This document shows, piece by piece, positions 44,087-56,834 of a DNA stretch of 64,000 nt. The position numbers and the translations under genes were made by a program. The stretch covers positions 1 through 64,000 of the forward strand of contig JADIIX010000077.1 in the NCBI GenBank assembly GCA_027604505.1. The letters run 5' to 3'. Source of the DNA: Gonapodya sp. JEL0774. Lineage: Eukaryota. Within the stretch, counting starts at the first letter, position 1; each line of letters begins with the position of its first letter. The notes under the pieces were generated by a model. That model saw only the letters and a list, made by a program, of their open reading frames with translations, was not told where the DNA came from and searched no databases.

Positions 44087-44403
44087 ACGTAGGAAGTTGC
44101 CAGAACTAGCTAGTACTCTTTTGTACCCACAATATAAGTATCTCACCCTTTGCGCATGGACATGACAAACGCATGATATGGAGTAGAGTTATCTGATCTG
44201 ATCAGCAGCAGAGTCCCACGCATAAATAGAAGACCTCACGCAGGGAGCTTTCCTCATTACCAGGTATATGTACCATAGATACGGTCTTGGTCATGATCGT
44301 GGTTTTCTAAAGAACAGCAACCGGTTCGTGTGATTGGCTCACTGCTTAGCATTAATAACGAAGACTTCACAGACTGCACTAAATCAGACCAAGATCCGTT
44401 CTC

Positions 44404-45530
44404 ATGGATCAAACGTACGCCAGCTCTGTTTCAAGCCTCCAAATAGTAGCTCCTGACGATCATGATCGTCTCTTCTACGTCCTTCCACCCACGTCATCCC
44501 GTCCCAATTAATGCCGTTGCACTTCGGATCCTCACAGCGAAAACGAGGACGTTACTGAAATTCTTGCTGCTCTTCAAACTCGCGTACAGAAGCAAGAAGC
44601 CAGTCGGAACAGGCGCGCGCAGGAGGAAGCCCAAGGTAACAAAAGGTGATGAAAGAAGTCTCTAGATGAGAAACTCATGAGCTACGTGTGCCTTGATTGA
44701 CATGAAGAGGTACTCGCGAGCTACCACGCTGCTGTGGAGGAGCTTCTCCAGGCGCAGTCGTCGGAGATTGCGAGCAAAATGGACGGGTACAGCAGGAAGG
44801 TATGTCTGCGCTCTTTTTGTACGCATTGCGATGATCGCGCTATAGCATTCAGCGATGATACGTGAATTGGCTTACAATCCGCGTTGGCGACCTATAGAAC
44901 GAGGAAAATGTGGAGGAAAGGTGTGTGATTTGAACATCGTGAGAGTTGGCTGCGATGTCGTCGAGTGATTGATATGATCGACCACGTGCGGTTATTTGGG
45001 TACCACTTTTTGAAGGTCTGTGATTGTGAAAAGATTAGCCATGGACCAGGACAAGTACAAGGTCAGATCTTAAGCGCTTGTTCAGTTTCCGAATGTCATC
45101 GACAAAGAAATATGAAGCAGCGGAATTATTTACATCGACAGACACAGCACGACGCCGTCTGCTCAGAGCTCGGCAAAGCGTGCGCGGAGCTTAAAAAGCT
45201 TGATGGGACATTCGAAAAGGAGGTGAACGCAATCTTGGCGTGTGAGTCTTTGGAGAGGTTTTGTAGGTGTAGCTTAACGGCGGACTGTTCTCCATCCAAA
45301 AGCAATGGAAAAAAATGTATCACAGAGCAGTGACGCTGATGGGGCCCGTCTCAAGACTTATGCCGACGTTGGAGACGACAGCGAAGAGGAGGAAGACCTA
45401 GAGGAATCACGGCCTCGCAAGAAAGTGCGGAAGTCACGCGAGGTAAGTTGATAGTCAAAAGTACGAACATTCAGCTTGAATTACATTGAAAATCGGTTTC
45501 ACGCTGCATGATCAGAGCAAAAAGGTCTGA
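44404..45530 (+). CDS. Uncharacterised coiled-coil protein of about 165 aa with an acidic patch and a basic NLS-like tail
   Basis: Eight small exons join in frame through GT-AG introns: MDQT|ENEDVTEILAALQ...|...DDSEEEEDLEESRPRKKVRKSRE|SKKV*. Confidence 0.6.
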
Positions 45531-46011
45531 GATCTGTATCGTTCGATTATGCGAAGTGCTGGAACAACCAAAGACGAAAATTGGAGAAGGGCGACTGGCG
45601 TGGAAATGTGCACCGGGGAGTAGAACTTTCTCATGATTTGGTGGTTTCTTTCTGCATGGGTATGTACCCTAATGCGAATGATGAAGTCCATTTTCCTGAA
45701 CCTTTCTGAGGGCTCATGTCAGCACGCCCCACTATCCATAAGTGGATTATCCACAGACTTCTTTTAGCTGACCAGTGAGCCATTAGCAAGTTAATAATAC
45801 ACCAATTTGACGACAGGAAAAAGGGAGTATGTAGCGCGGGAGTAACATGAGCCCTCCCAATTTAACTCCGATCGAAATTTTAGACGCTCTAAGCCCTTGA
45901 CGGGCACAGCATTCAGTTCCACTATATCTCATCACTGTAAAGGAAAGGAGATTGGGACATCTAAGACATCTAATAACGTCATTGACAGTACTCCGACAGG
46001 CACTCTGACCA

Positions 46012-46936
46012 TCAAACTGTGAGTCCATTCAATTCTGCACCGCCGCCTTGACGGCGCCACCATACCACAAACTCGTGCAAAAACTGCACTTGTTCCTCGT
46101 TGAGGACGTACCCCCGCTTTCCCCGAACGTCTTGCAAAAGTGATTGGGAAGACTTTGCGGGATAACGATGTGCAAGAAAGCACAGAGCCGAAAGGGGCGC
46201 ACGACCCAGACCTTGGGATGCGTCAGGAGATGGTTTATTCTTGGTTTATTCTTGAGAGCTGCTGCCTTAACACATTGCAACACCAACCTGCGTGACAGTG
46301 AACCGCCACTTTGAAGCCTTGAGAGACAGCTTCATTCATGCGTACAACGATTGCCGCCATTTGGTTGTATGTGGGAATCTTAAAAGGGGTGACGATGTTA
46401 TGGATCCGAGGTCACCCCACTTCCCAAGTCGTCGACAAGGTGAAACTGCATCATCTCACATTGTCGTCTTCCCACCACTCGTGCAAATGATCAATATCAT
46501 GTGATTTGAGCTCCTCAGGATGGTAAGAAAGCCCAGAAACAGTAGCGTGCACTCCATCACCGCAAGACGCATGTTCCCCGGGTTCCTGACAGCAAACAAC
46601 TAGTCGAATACCAGCATCGTAAAACTTGGAGAGTAAGTCATACTGCGTGGCGTTGCGATTTGTCCGTCAGAGAGAGAACGGACTCGATCGGCGATGTGGA
46701 TTGGCATTGATCGTTTGGAACACACTCACCTCCTTCAAAGTTCTGGAGCTCGGGCGACTCATAACTAGCACCTCATCTGATACCCATGTCGCGTAGAGCC
46801 CATCGAAAGCTGACTCCACTCGACGACCGTTCTGTCCAGGTTTGCTCCATCTCGTTCCGCAGTAGGTGCACGTTCGACCTCCACAGTAGCATGCGATCGA
46901 TTGGATTCTCCTTCCTATCTTCGAAGCGTCCTCCAT
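46012..46936 (-). CDS. PTPDC1: Protein tyrosine phosphatase domain-containing 1-like (dual-specificity PTP)
   Basis: CGGRTC.Y, GLYATWVSDEVLVMSRPS, QEPGEHASCG and the catalytic VAVHCHAG|LGR motif (CX5R); 3 introns. Confidence 0.85.
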
Positions 46937-47041
46937 TCAGAGCAACTTGGATGGCAGATGGAAACCGCCGCAGCTCAAAGATTTCCCAATGATGTTCAAA
47001 TATTTTAGTATTGACATATAATTAAATGATAGTTACCTGAA

Positions 47042-47112
47042 GCGCCAATAGTATAGGGGTAGTACAAGCGCCTCCCACGCGCTAGGTTCGAGTTCGAGTC
47101 TCGATTGGCGCA
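47042..47112 (+). tRNA. tRNA-Gly (CCC)
   Basis: Acceptor stem GCGCCAA/TTGGCGC, anticodon arm AGCGC-CTCCCAC-GCGCT, T arm TCGAG-TTCGAGT-CTCGA, and a downstream T5 Pol III terminator. Confidence 0.96.
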
Positions 47113-47726
47113 TTAACGTTTTTGTTACACCACTGCCACGGTCATATATATTTTTGGGGGGAACGCAGTTTCGGACTGATATGCGCGCAGCAACCAGGAA
47201 ATACATTGTAATGGGTGCGGTTTTATCATAGTTTCGCTCCACACTCGCGGCTCAGTCATCATTGTCGTCCGACATTCGTCAGTCTCCATGTCACTCGCTT
47301 TCCCCAAGAATGTTCGCTGTCCTGCGTTTCCATCCAGTGCAACGCGGAAAAGGGTATTACTTTCCCCTATTGTGTAAATTGAGTAGTCAAAACACCCTCC
47401 TACGTCATCCAGGTTTTCCAACCCGTTCGCACGATTGCCCCCATTTCGGCCACTCGTGTACATCGCGGCACTCTCATGCACGGAGCATACCATGCTCTAA
47501 CTGACGTTTCATTTTGGGGGTGGAGAGGAGGTGGGCGGGTAGAGCGCGGGTTAGTAATAAATAACAATTGGCTTGTACAGGTCTCACACATCACCGCGTA
47601 CGGGCTTGGGACTGGAGCAACACTTGACTTCAGTCTTCAAAGCCAGCACCCTGGTACGTATAGACCCTGCAAGTGATGCAAATACATTCAGAGGGACACT
47701 ACGTAATTTAGCTTGTATTCGGCGCT

Positions 47727-49601
47727 CTATGCTCCATGTGTACCCGCGAGTTCCTTTCTCCACCACTCCTCGAAATCCACACATTTCAACGAGCTATGAT
47801 TTTCGCCAAGCACTGTGCTAATCCGTCGCATGCTGAGTTGTGCGTCTTCGGGGCGGGAAGCTGTGATTTAGAAAGGGTATACATTTAGGGGTTGACGAGT
47901 GGTTGCAGCTTTCATTCAAGTCAGGACTAACGTGTCTCTCCAAATTTGCGAGCACTTGTACGCCAAAGGCCAGAGCCTGCCTAAACTCGTACCCCGATTG
48001 ATTTCTGTACACTCACCTGCACCCGCATCGGGGATTGTGTTCCTGATGATATGATCTATCACTCTCCCACCATCGACTTTGGCCAGCACCTCGCACATCT
48101 CATACTTGGTGAAACGTTCACTGGCCGTAAAATGAAAAGCCCCAATGCGAGATGTTGGGGCAGCGTTGCACAGAGCGACGAGCGCACGTGCTACATCCGC
48201 AACTACGAAAAATACCATGATGGTAACACGCGAGTTCATACGCCGAAGCAACAGTTGAAACACCCTGGAGCAAACTCCTTCAACTGCCTTACACTGCTTT
48301 GCACTCACCATTCGTGGGGTATCGCAGTTGCCGATGATCCATCTTGACTATCTTTGAAGAATCACGCACAATATCGAGGAGCACATTGACTGCAGATTCC
48401 GAGTTTTGGCCGGGGAGGGTCTTACCGTAGCTTCGTTATTATGGAGGGTGAGCACAACTCAAGACATCATTGCGAAATCACCGCATGAACGCCGAGTAAT
48501 GGACTCACAGGATTGGTACGCGAAAGATGGTGGCTTCGGGATACTCGGCAAGAACGGCATTTTCGCCTTGCAGTTTGGAGAGACCTGATATCGGAAAAAC
48601 GTCTTGTTAGAGCTGAAAACGAGGTTGTAATTTCAGGACATAAAGAAACGTTTTCTGCAAGTGGAATCCACCTCAACCGGAGACTCGAAATCAGATGGGC
48701 CGTATAAGACTTTACTGTCCCCGTTCCACAAAGCTGGGCATGGCACATTGGAAACTTTATTGGGTGGTTGCCCCGTCCGACCCCCCAGGGCGGTGCAAGC
48801 ACAAAGTGCACGAAGACTACTGCCGTCCCGCTCCCTTTTGAACTCCAAAACGTCCGCTGACATTGCATCCCTCACCGTAAAAGTTGAGCGGATTCGGTAC
48901 GGCATCCACTTCGTACGGTGGTGCTGTTCCGTCAAACACATAGTCGGTGGAGATATATACAAACGTAGCCCCCAGTTCTCGTGCAAGACGAGCGAGATTG
49001 CCTGAGGTAGCAACGTTGAGCTGGTGTTCATGAGTGAGTTCCTTGATTCAGATGTGGGTGACAGGGTCACAGCAATACGGGTGCACCCACCCGAAGAACA
49101 CCGTCTTTGTCTCGCTCTGCGACATCAGGTCGCCGTTCCGCAGCACAATGAATGATGTCTGTGCGTCATGAAATCATCAACTCCAGCACTCTGGACTTCA
49201 AGAAGCACAGAAGCTTCATCCTTACAGCTCGGCTTCAGTTCATCAAAGGTTCTCTTCACTTCGTTTTCGTTCGTGAGGTCTAGCTTGAGTCCTTAGAGCT
49301 CCAATCTTAACCTTGAAGCGTTGACAGGTCATCACATCACTCACGCGAATACAATCTTGTCCACTTGCCCTGGTGAATCCTACACCAATCACTTTCCCTT
49401 TGGCAAAATTTGCTTTGAATTCATCAAAGACAGCTCGTCCGAGCAGTCCTGTTGTCCAGATGGGGTCAGAAAAGGTCAGAAAAGGTCAGAAGGGGTATGG
49501 TATGACAAGAGTTTAGGATGAGATACCAAATACCAAATGAATGGGGAAGGAAGGACGTTACCTGTTGCCCCTGTAATTAAAAAAGTCGACGGTGAAAACA
49601 T
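47727..49601 (-). CDS. RmlD-like / methionine adenosyltransferase II beta-like SDR
   Basis: [48 protein letters not shown] (YxxxK), RVPILYG, RYPTNVADVA, RPEDAQL. Confidence 0.88.
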
Positions 49602-49729
49602 TGGTGAAGTTGTCTTTGGTAAACTGTGTGTTGAAGTGCAAACACGGCAATTGCCGGCGGTTGGAACTTTGTCATCCGATCCCATGAAGAAGCTGAGTCA
49701 ACAATTATACTTCATCAAAACCCCAAGAT

Positions 49730-50612
49730 ATGCCCCTCGCGCAACCCATCAATTTCCCAAAATGGCTCCAGGAGAACGAGCATCTTCTGAAGCCACCGGT
49801 GGGGAACAAGCTCATGCAACGAGGAGACTTTCAAATCATGATTGTTGGAGGTGAATTTGAACGCATTCTATGCCCGCTCTTTATTGCTTCGCTTCCGAAT
49901 TTCGACCGTCTGAATGCCTTTTCACATCATTTGCACATTGAACATCTCAATCGCCTTGTAAAGGCCCAAACAAGCGAACGGATTATCACATAAACCCCAC
50001 CGAGGTCTGACCAAAACAGTCCTCAATGAGATTTACATCCGACTGGTAGTGAACTACACACCTGGTGTTTTTTGTCATCGTAGGAATGGTTCTACCAGTA
50101 CCGAGGGAATATGACGCTCCGTGTGGTGGAGGATGGACAACACTTCAGAGACATTCCCATAAACGAAGGCGACATGTTCCTGTTGCCGCGTGAGTCTCAT
50201 CATAGTGAGATGGAGGACCCTTGATTCTTCTGACTAGATAATTTCCTTGGATGTTCTTCTCCGGCGTGTCCTCCACATCCTCCTCCAGCAAACACGCCCC
50301 ACAATCCTGTCCGGCAAGCAGACACAGTGGGGATAGTCGTTGAGCGAAACAGGCCTGAAGGGCAAAATGGTGAGTTCGTAATTTTCGTCTTTGTCTCAAC
50401 GCTTTAACGTTCTTGCACTGAGCTTTTTGCTCCCCCAAAATTACAAAGACACACTGCGATGGTACTGCGATAAATGCCACCAAGTTGTCTATCAAGACTC
50501 ATTTTATTGCACGAACCTGGGCACCCAGCTTAAACCCGTCATCGAACACTGGGCGAACAATGCCGAAGTGCGAAAGTGCAGTCACTGTGGGCACGAGAAC
50601 CCTGCAAAGTAG
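49730..50612 (+). CDS. BNA1: 3-hydroxyanthranilate 3,4-dioxygenase
   Basis: [41 protein letters not shown], and rubredoxin-like CxxC pairs (WYCDKC, KCSHCG). Confidence 0.96.
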
Positions 50613-50983
50613 CTTGCTCATTTTGATATTACTCTTGGATGGTCAATATTGATACCGAGGCGTAGTTTTGCGTGAATGGACCATTGCATTTCCATCTTTG
50701 TAGCGAAACATGGGAGCGCTAAGCCTCATTTGCCATTCGTAAGAATCGAGATACATAGGTCAAATGTGAAAGGGGTCTGCAATGCGCAGGCCGCCGTATT
50801 GTTCCCTGACAGGACAGTAACAGAATGACAACTTTGCTGTTGTTGACACGAAAATGGATTTCACAGTCAACACTCTGTACCACGACTATTTGTCAGTGTA
50901 CGAGGTGTATTTTCGTAACAAACTGTGAAACGCAGGTGGAGGAGCGTAATGGGGAGTTTATCTTCCTCACCTCATATATTACT

Positions 50984-52324
50984 ATGTCTGATACATCTCC
51001 CAAAAGTCCACCCAAATGCACATGTCCTTCACTTCTGGCTCCATTAAGGAACAGAGTGCGATCGGGCCCAGCTCCAGCAATCAAGATGTTGGACCCAGCC
51101 CCCACTCCCACAATCTCATTCACCAGTAGAACCTCACACGACTACATTTACTTTCTCTACCCTGGCTATCGAAAAAATACTTCTAAAGAATCTCCAGTCG
51201 TGGATGCCACTGTACGTCCGTTCTTTAGGAGTGGTGATTCGGTCTACGTCCACCTGAAATCGGACAAGGAAACGGGCCACGCGATCGCGCTAGAGGACGA
51301 GCAACCAGATGGACGGGTGCACGTAAGATATAGGTGCTGTGGCGTCACCCATAGAGTGAGGAGCGACAGATTGACTTATGTGAGGACAGTAATCCCGTGG
51401 GTTGGGAAAGAAGTGCTAAAAGACGTGCACAGGAGACGGGCAGAGATCTTGGGCCAGATCGATCAAAAGAATCGCACAGTGAAAGAAAGCTTGGATCATT
51501 CATCGACAGAGATCGGGCAGGTGGAGACTCCAGAATCAGTCGGAGATAGAGAGGAGACGAGATGCCAACTTAGGGATGAAGACGCTGTTCGCCAAGACTG
51601 CGACCACCATCAAAACTCATCATCCGTTGGAGCCCAGACCATGCTCTCAGAAAATTCATATAAACCTTCAGCGTTCGTTTCATCCACGACCCCTGGTCGC
51701 CCCACTATCATCATCACCGCCTCCACAGACAACTACCGCCATCTCGCGCGCTCTCATACACACCCTTTCTCCTTGAGCCTGGACCTCGGTTCATCTTTCG
51801 GTCTCTCTACCGTCCTACTCGTCCAGCACGCATATTGGGATGCACATCGGGTGGTGGGTGTGGACACCGCGGCAGAGGCTCTGAAGGGTGCCAGGAAGAG
51901 GCATAAAGGGGTAGTGTTTGAGCAAGCAGATACAGTAACCCAAGCTGGATGGACACGGGTTGTGGCGACCGCCGCAGCCTTGGTTGCATATGGCGCTCGA
52001 ACTGGTGTCTCTTCCTCAAGTTCTGAACCTGCACCCACCTCCTCCCTCTCTATATTTATTGACATTGGCGGGTCTCGCCCGCTGGCTCAGGTCGCCCCTC
52101 TTGTTTCTAAGTGTATGCGTGACCTGGGCCCCAATTTGATTGTGGTTAAATGTGAGGAGATGGCCGCCGCCGCCGAAATGAGAATCGTGAGCGAGGTGAA
52201 GAAGAGTGACGACATTTTGGACGGGTGGGCTGGGGACGGATTAGTACCTGCGGGCGGTTCATGGTTTCAAGGAGTGGTTGACGCAGCCATAGAGACAGTA
52301 ACGAACAGCATTATCTATAATTAG
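50984..52324 (+). CDS. Class I SAM-dependent methyltransferase-like protein with an N-terminal beta-barrel-like region
   Basis: Long uninterrupted ORF with motif I LDLGSSFG, VVGVD, FEQAD, IFIDIGG and LIVVK. The start is uncertain. Confidence 0.65.
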   Translation: MSDTSPKSPPKCTCPSLLAPLRNRVRSGPAPAIKMLDPAPTPTISFTSRTSHDYIYFLYPGYRKNTSKESPVVDATVRPFFRSGDSVYVHLKSDKETGHAIALEDEQPDGRVHVRYRCCGVTHRVRSDRLTYVRTVIPWVGKEVLKDVHRRRAEILGQIDQKNRTVKESLDHSSTEIGQVETPESVGDREETRCQLRDEDAVRQDCDHHQNSSSVGAQTMLSENSYKPSAFVSSTTPGRPTIIITASTDNYRHLARSHTHPFSLSLDLGSSFGLSTVLLVQHAYWDAHRVVGVDTAAEALKGARKRHKGVVFEQADTVTQAGWTRVVATAAALVAYGARTGVSSSSSEPAPTSSLSIFIDIGGSRPLAQVAPLVSKCMRDLGPNLIVVKCEEMAAAAEMRIVSEVKKSDDILDGWAGDGLVPAGGSWFQGVVDAAIETVTNSIIYN

Positions 52325-53007
52325 GATCAAAAGAGCAAAACACTTGAACTCAGTGAAGTCCGCAACGGAGCGGAGGTTCTCTGGGTGGGTCACTGCCCGT
52401 TTGAGAATAGATGGGATCTTGGAACTTTCTTGTATATAATTTGGAAGTTAGTGCCAAGAAAAGTTATATGACAATAATCACAGTATCAAAATGAAACTTT
52501 CAGCTTGTCATGTCCCCAAGTAGCGGCTTGGATCCGCACCGCAGTTGTCGCCGGCACAACTCTTTTGTGAACAAGGTTGAACAATCCAGCGCGTGAGATA
52601 AGAATAGGAAGGTAAGGTACCGTAGACTAGAAAGAGGAGAAGGATACCGTTGCGTGGGGTAGGTGTATTTTCGAGATTGAACTTGTTCTACACCGGCGCC
52701 TGCACACCAACTCCCATCCGTGGCTCATTTATGTGCAGGAACCTACAACTGACAGTTATAGTTGGTCAACCGTCTCGCCTATGTACCATACCGTAACTAC
52801 ATGTGATGACTCGATAAGGCTTGTGCTAACTAAAACACGAATTCGCACTCAATCTGCTCCCAAAAGATGGAGCAAAGTCTGAAGAAGTGTGTCTATTTTG
52901 CCCGACAAGATCAGCAGTGAACAGTTTATTCGGCAGTCGGGTGTATACAACGTCAGCAGAAAAATTGCTCGATTCCCTGTGGATATCCATCAACAATCCA
53001 ATCCCCA

Positions 53008-56000
53008 TTACCTTCTTCGTGTGTCTCGGTCACTCTTCTTACTGTCCCCAATGCGCGAATCGTCCCGATCACGTTCCCGATCTCGGTCCCCGTTACCTGC
53101 CTTTTTCCTAGGCGGACTCCTGCTTACCGATCTGGACGGGGATCTGACCTTACGCTTTCCATCACTATTCTCCGCCTTACCTTCATCAACTTTTAACTTC
53201 TTGCCACGCGGTGGGCTTCTCGACCGAGACCTATTGGAAGGACTGGGAGACCTAGAGGGCCGGCGCTTGGCCTTGCGAGGCTGTGGGGACCGGGAACGAG
53301 ATCCTGATGGAGAACGACCCCCACGAGCACCACCGCGTGGTGGAGACACGGTTCTACCAGGTTGTCGGCCTGGTGCTTGCGGGCCTGGTGGGCGGCGCCC
53401 AGAACCGATGAACCGATCAATGTTCTGTAGTTGATGCGGGGAGGTGTTAAATTGGACGTATATATAGAAAGGAAAACCAATCGCCTTGCCCATATATCCC
53501 CCACATACCTTTTCTCTGGCCTCCCTTTCCATATTTTTCCTCATTCTCTCTTTCTCCATCTCCTCCCGTTCTCTGGCTATGGCTGCTTCTCGCGCCGCCT
53601 TCTCTCTCTGTCTGGCTTCATACTCCTTCTGCCTGATTTCCTTCTGCTCCACGGTCCACTCTTTTGTTCGTGGACTGCCCAAGTCATCGGTCACATCTGG
53701 ATTCCAGTTAGATTTCTCACGTTCCTTTACTTCCTCGTCACTTATAGGTAGCCAGTAGATGGCCGGTTCTGCTTTGGTCTTTCGAAACAAGCGGTCCAGT
53801 GCCGGCTGTGGTGGTGGTGCCAAATCCGGGAATGGTGACAAGAGTGGCCGCACTGGCTCCGATACAACAGCTTTATGGATCTGATCGCGAAGTACCTTGC
53901 CCATACCGACAATCCCAAACACCCTTTGAGGTCCTGCGGCGCCACGCCCCCGGATTTGAATGGGGTGGTTCGACTGGGCACCCTCAAGCCCTCGATTTTG
54001 ATCATCCAGAGCGACGACTTCGGCACCGGGGGGTTCGTTGGCAGGCACTCCCGCTGGTCGGAATCCTTGCTTCGCTTCAGTTTCAGTTGGCGTGATGGAA
54101 CCACTGACGGCGGGTGGCACCGAATCTGATCCCGAAGCCATAGTAGGAACCTGAGCACTCGCGGTCTGCCTTCCACCAAGTACGGCGGCCCTGCCCGCAA
54201 TCCCAATACCCCCGGCACCAACCACGTTTCTGCCTGTCGGTCCGGCCACCGGTGCTGCTCTTGCCACGAACGGCGCAGGCTTCTTCTCTTTACCAGCGTC
54301 CTGCGAGATGTTTGAAACACACTCGGCGGCTGATATGGTCGTGGCAGTAAGCACCTTGTTGTCGGTTCGGTCAGTGGGGAACTTGAATCCTTCTAGTGCG
54401 ACGGCGGCGACAGCAGCGGAAGCTGGGGAGGCGTACTGGAGATGAAACACAGAGGAGAGATGGGGATGATGTGAGAACTGGTAAACTACCGGGAGGGTGG
54501 GGTGGCTACCTAGATATTCCTTCTGCAATATTCCTTCCGCCATTTCGTCCCCCATTGCGCCTACCCCCACCCCCCTTCGACTCTAACCACCCTCAATGCT
54601 CACCGTGACATAGCAATGTGTCTTAATTCCGTTCATCCAAAATCGTGTCACCTGCCCGTATCCGGCGAGCAACTGCTGCACTGCAGGCAACTGCAGCGGT
54701 CTCACAAAACCGCGCACCACAACTGAATTGAGCGTATCATCGTCAAAGGGTACAGTTGGAGGTGATTTGGGAGCTTCGTAGGTAGTTGTATCGGCATGGG
54801 TTTGATAGGGGGACGTGATTGACGGAGGGTCTGAAGAAATAGGTGCCGGCAGTCGTGGTGTTTCCGAGACTGTGGAGTGAGAAGCGACGGTGGACGAGGC
54901 TAAAGCAGTGGCCGATGTGGGTGAAGGCAATGCAGAGGCAGCGTGGCGGGTGACAGGGGGTGCTTGCGCCCCGCCACCCATGCTTGCGCGCCCACGGATT
55001 GTAATACTCGGTTTCACAGTGGCAGTGGTCGCGGTGGATGCGGAAGCGGATGGGGGGGGTATGCGCCCGTTGGGTTCCGGGGAAACTTCCACCACAGGCA
55101 CCACGCTGACACTCTGCACCACAGCAGGGACAGGCGAGTGCATGGTCAAGAGAGAAGCGTTGCCGGTCGTGGCGCTACCTGGGATGCCATCTTCGATCTC
55201 TTCTCCAATGACTGATGGAGCAGCTGTGGTCATGGAGCCGGCGGTCGCACGGGCAGATAGGTTGGATACCGAAGCAGGGTAGTGAGAAGAAGTTGCGGTG
55301 GAGGTCGCAGGGGAAACAGGCTCAGTGGGCGGGGCGGATGGGACGGAGGAGGATGTGACGCGGCGACCGCTGTTGGGAGTTTTGGGGTGGCGGGACGTGT
55401 CAACTTCGAACTCCATGTCGCCGGTATCGGAGGAAGCAGCGATAGAGCTTTCAGCTCCGACGCGTAATGAGAGTTCCGGGTGAGGGGTGGGAGGCTCTGC
55501 AATGACGGGGGAGGGCGGCCCGGGCGCAGGAGAGGAAGGGAAGTGGAGTGGGGCCGAAGGTGTGGTTGGGGTGGGGGCAGTTGATGGTGGCAGTTTTGCA
55601 GAGGCAGAGTGGCGCGATGAACTAGTGGGTTGAGTCGGTAGGGAAGCTTGGGCACTGTCCTCTTCTGCCTCCGCAGGGGCATCTGATTCATCTTGGAGCT
55701 GTGACTGCCGCTGCCCACCCTGGGTCGTGGTGGCAGGCTCACCAGTATCCGCAGTGACTGGAGATACGATGGTAGGAGTCGTGGGTGATACTAATGCCGA
55801 GCCGGGGGATTCGTCGTTGACTTCCATTCCAGATTTTGAGGATTTGCTTCCTGCCCGACGTAGACTACCGGTTCGACGGGGGGCCTCCTCCAGTACGACT
55901 TCGAGTGATTTGGGACGATCTCTGGGAATACGCCCGCTACTTCGGCGTCCATTCGCCGATACAGTGCCACTGCCGCTCCGACTGCCGGTGCTGCTCGGTG

Positions 56001-56238
56001 TTTCCCTTCCACCTTTGTCCTTCCCCTTTGCCGATACAACCGGCACGGGCTCTTCAACCCCAGTCTCTTCCTGAGCCTTCTGTTCAATGTTCTTCTTGTC
56101 CTCGGCAACCTCCTCCATGTTCTTTTCAGCCTCCTCGAGCCGAATCACCAAATCCTTCTTAAGACCGCTGGTGGAGAGGCCCAAAGCGCTCAACTTCTGG
56201 CGCAAAACGGCGACCGTCATCGACGCATAATTGGTCAT
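53008..56238 (-). CDS. ACIN1: Acinus-like splicing/EJC-associated protein (SAP, RRM, RSB motif, RS tail)
   Basis: SAP MTVAVLRQKLSALGLSTSGLKKDLVIRL, RRM FVRPL...FWMNGIKTHCYVT|Y, RSB motif LDRLFRKTKAEPAIYWLP, and an RS-rich C-terminus; 2 introns. Confidence 0.9.
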
Positions 56239-56834
56239 TTTTAGTTGTGCCAATCTCTCTTGAGTGGTGCGCTCTCGTAAAATGGGAGCGCTGCGTTTGA
56301 AACCGCGGTGCTACTACATACAAAGTGCGGTTACGGGTTCTTGTACTTGGATTCGTGAGCAGCACTCACGTGACCTGGACTGGAGTCCACTGCGCTGACG
56401 AGTTCACGCAATCTTCGCTCCGCCTTGGCTGAATTGTCAACCGTGTCGATTCGGCTTCCTCCACCTTCCCGCTGCGCGCCACTTTCTTTGTGTGCAGATA
56501 CCAGGTACAAAACTATATTTGGCTGAGAGTTCTTACGGAAAACTCGAAAGAGGAATATCGCAGGACTAGTGACAAGAGAAAGAGAGTCCAAGATGGTGTT
56601 GCATAGCCGCGCTATCGGAGAACAAGATTCAAACCAGATAACTGGTCACGAGTGCAAAGGATATGTTTGTCTTCTTCGCGTTTGTACAGACTAGCAAGTG
56701 AACAGAAAGTATGGTTTGCTTTATTGCAAACTTTGGGGGATGTTTGTGACGGGTGTTCGTGAACCCTTTCTGGGCACTATGATATAGTATAAAATCGGCC
56801 CGCTTTCTCCGTCGATCAAATTTCGAAATTAATC

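Noticed and set aside
45025..45062. AAGATTAGCCATGG resembling the U6 snRNA core
   Set aside because: There is no ACAGAGA box or U6 stem-loop. The segment is better explained as an exon (RLAMDQDKYK) of the coiled-coil gene.
47150..47265. Minus-strand ATGATGA (C-box-like) near the tRNA, a possible snoRNA
   Set aside because: No well-placed terminal CTGA D box or closing stem was found.
48587..48875. Long GC-rich intron in the RmlD-like gene, a possible ncRNA or MITE host
   Set aside because: No recognisable boxes, terminal inverted repeats or target-site duplication. Other introns in the window reach a similar length.
49463..49492. (GGTCAGAAAA)x3 tandem repeat
   Set aside because: A short intronic slippage repeat with no spacers, so not CRISPR-like.
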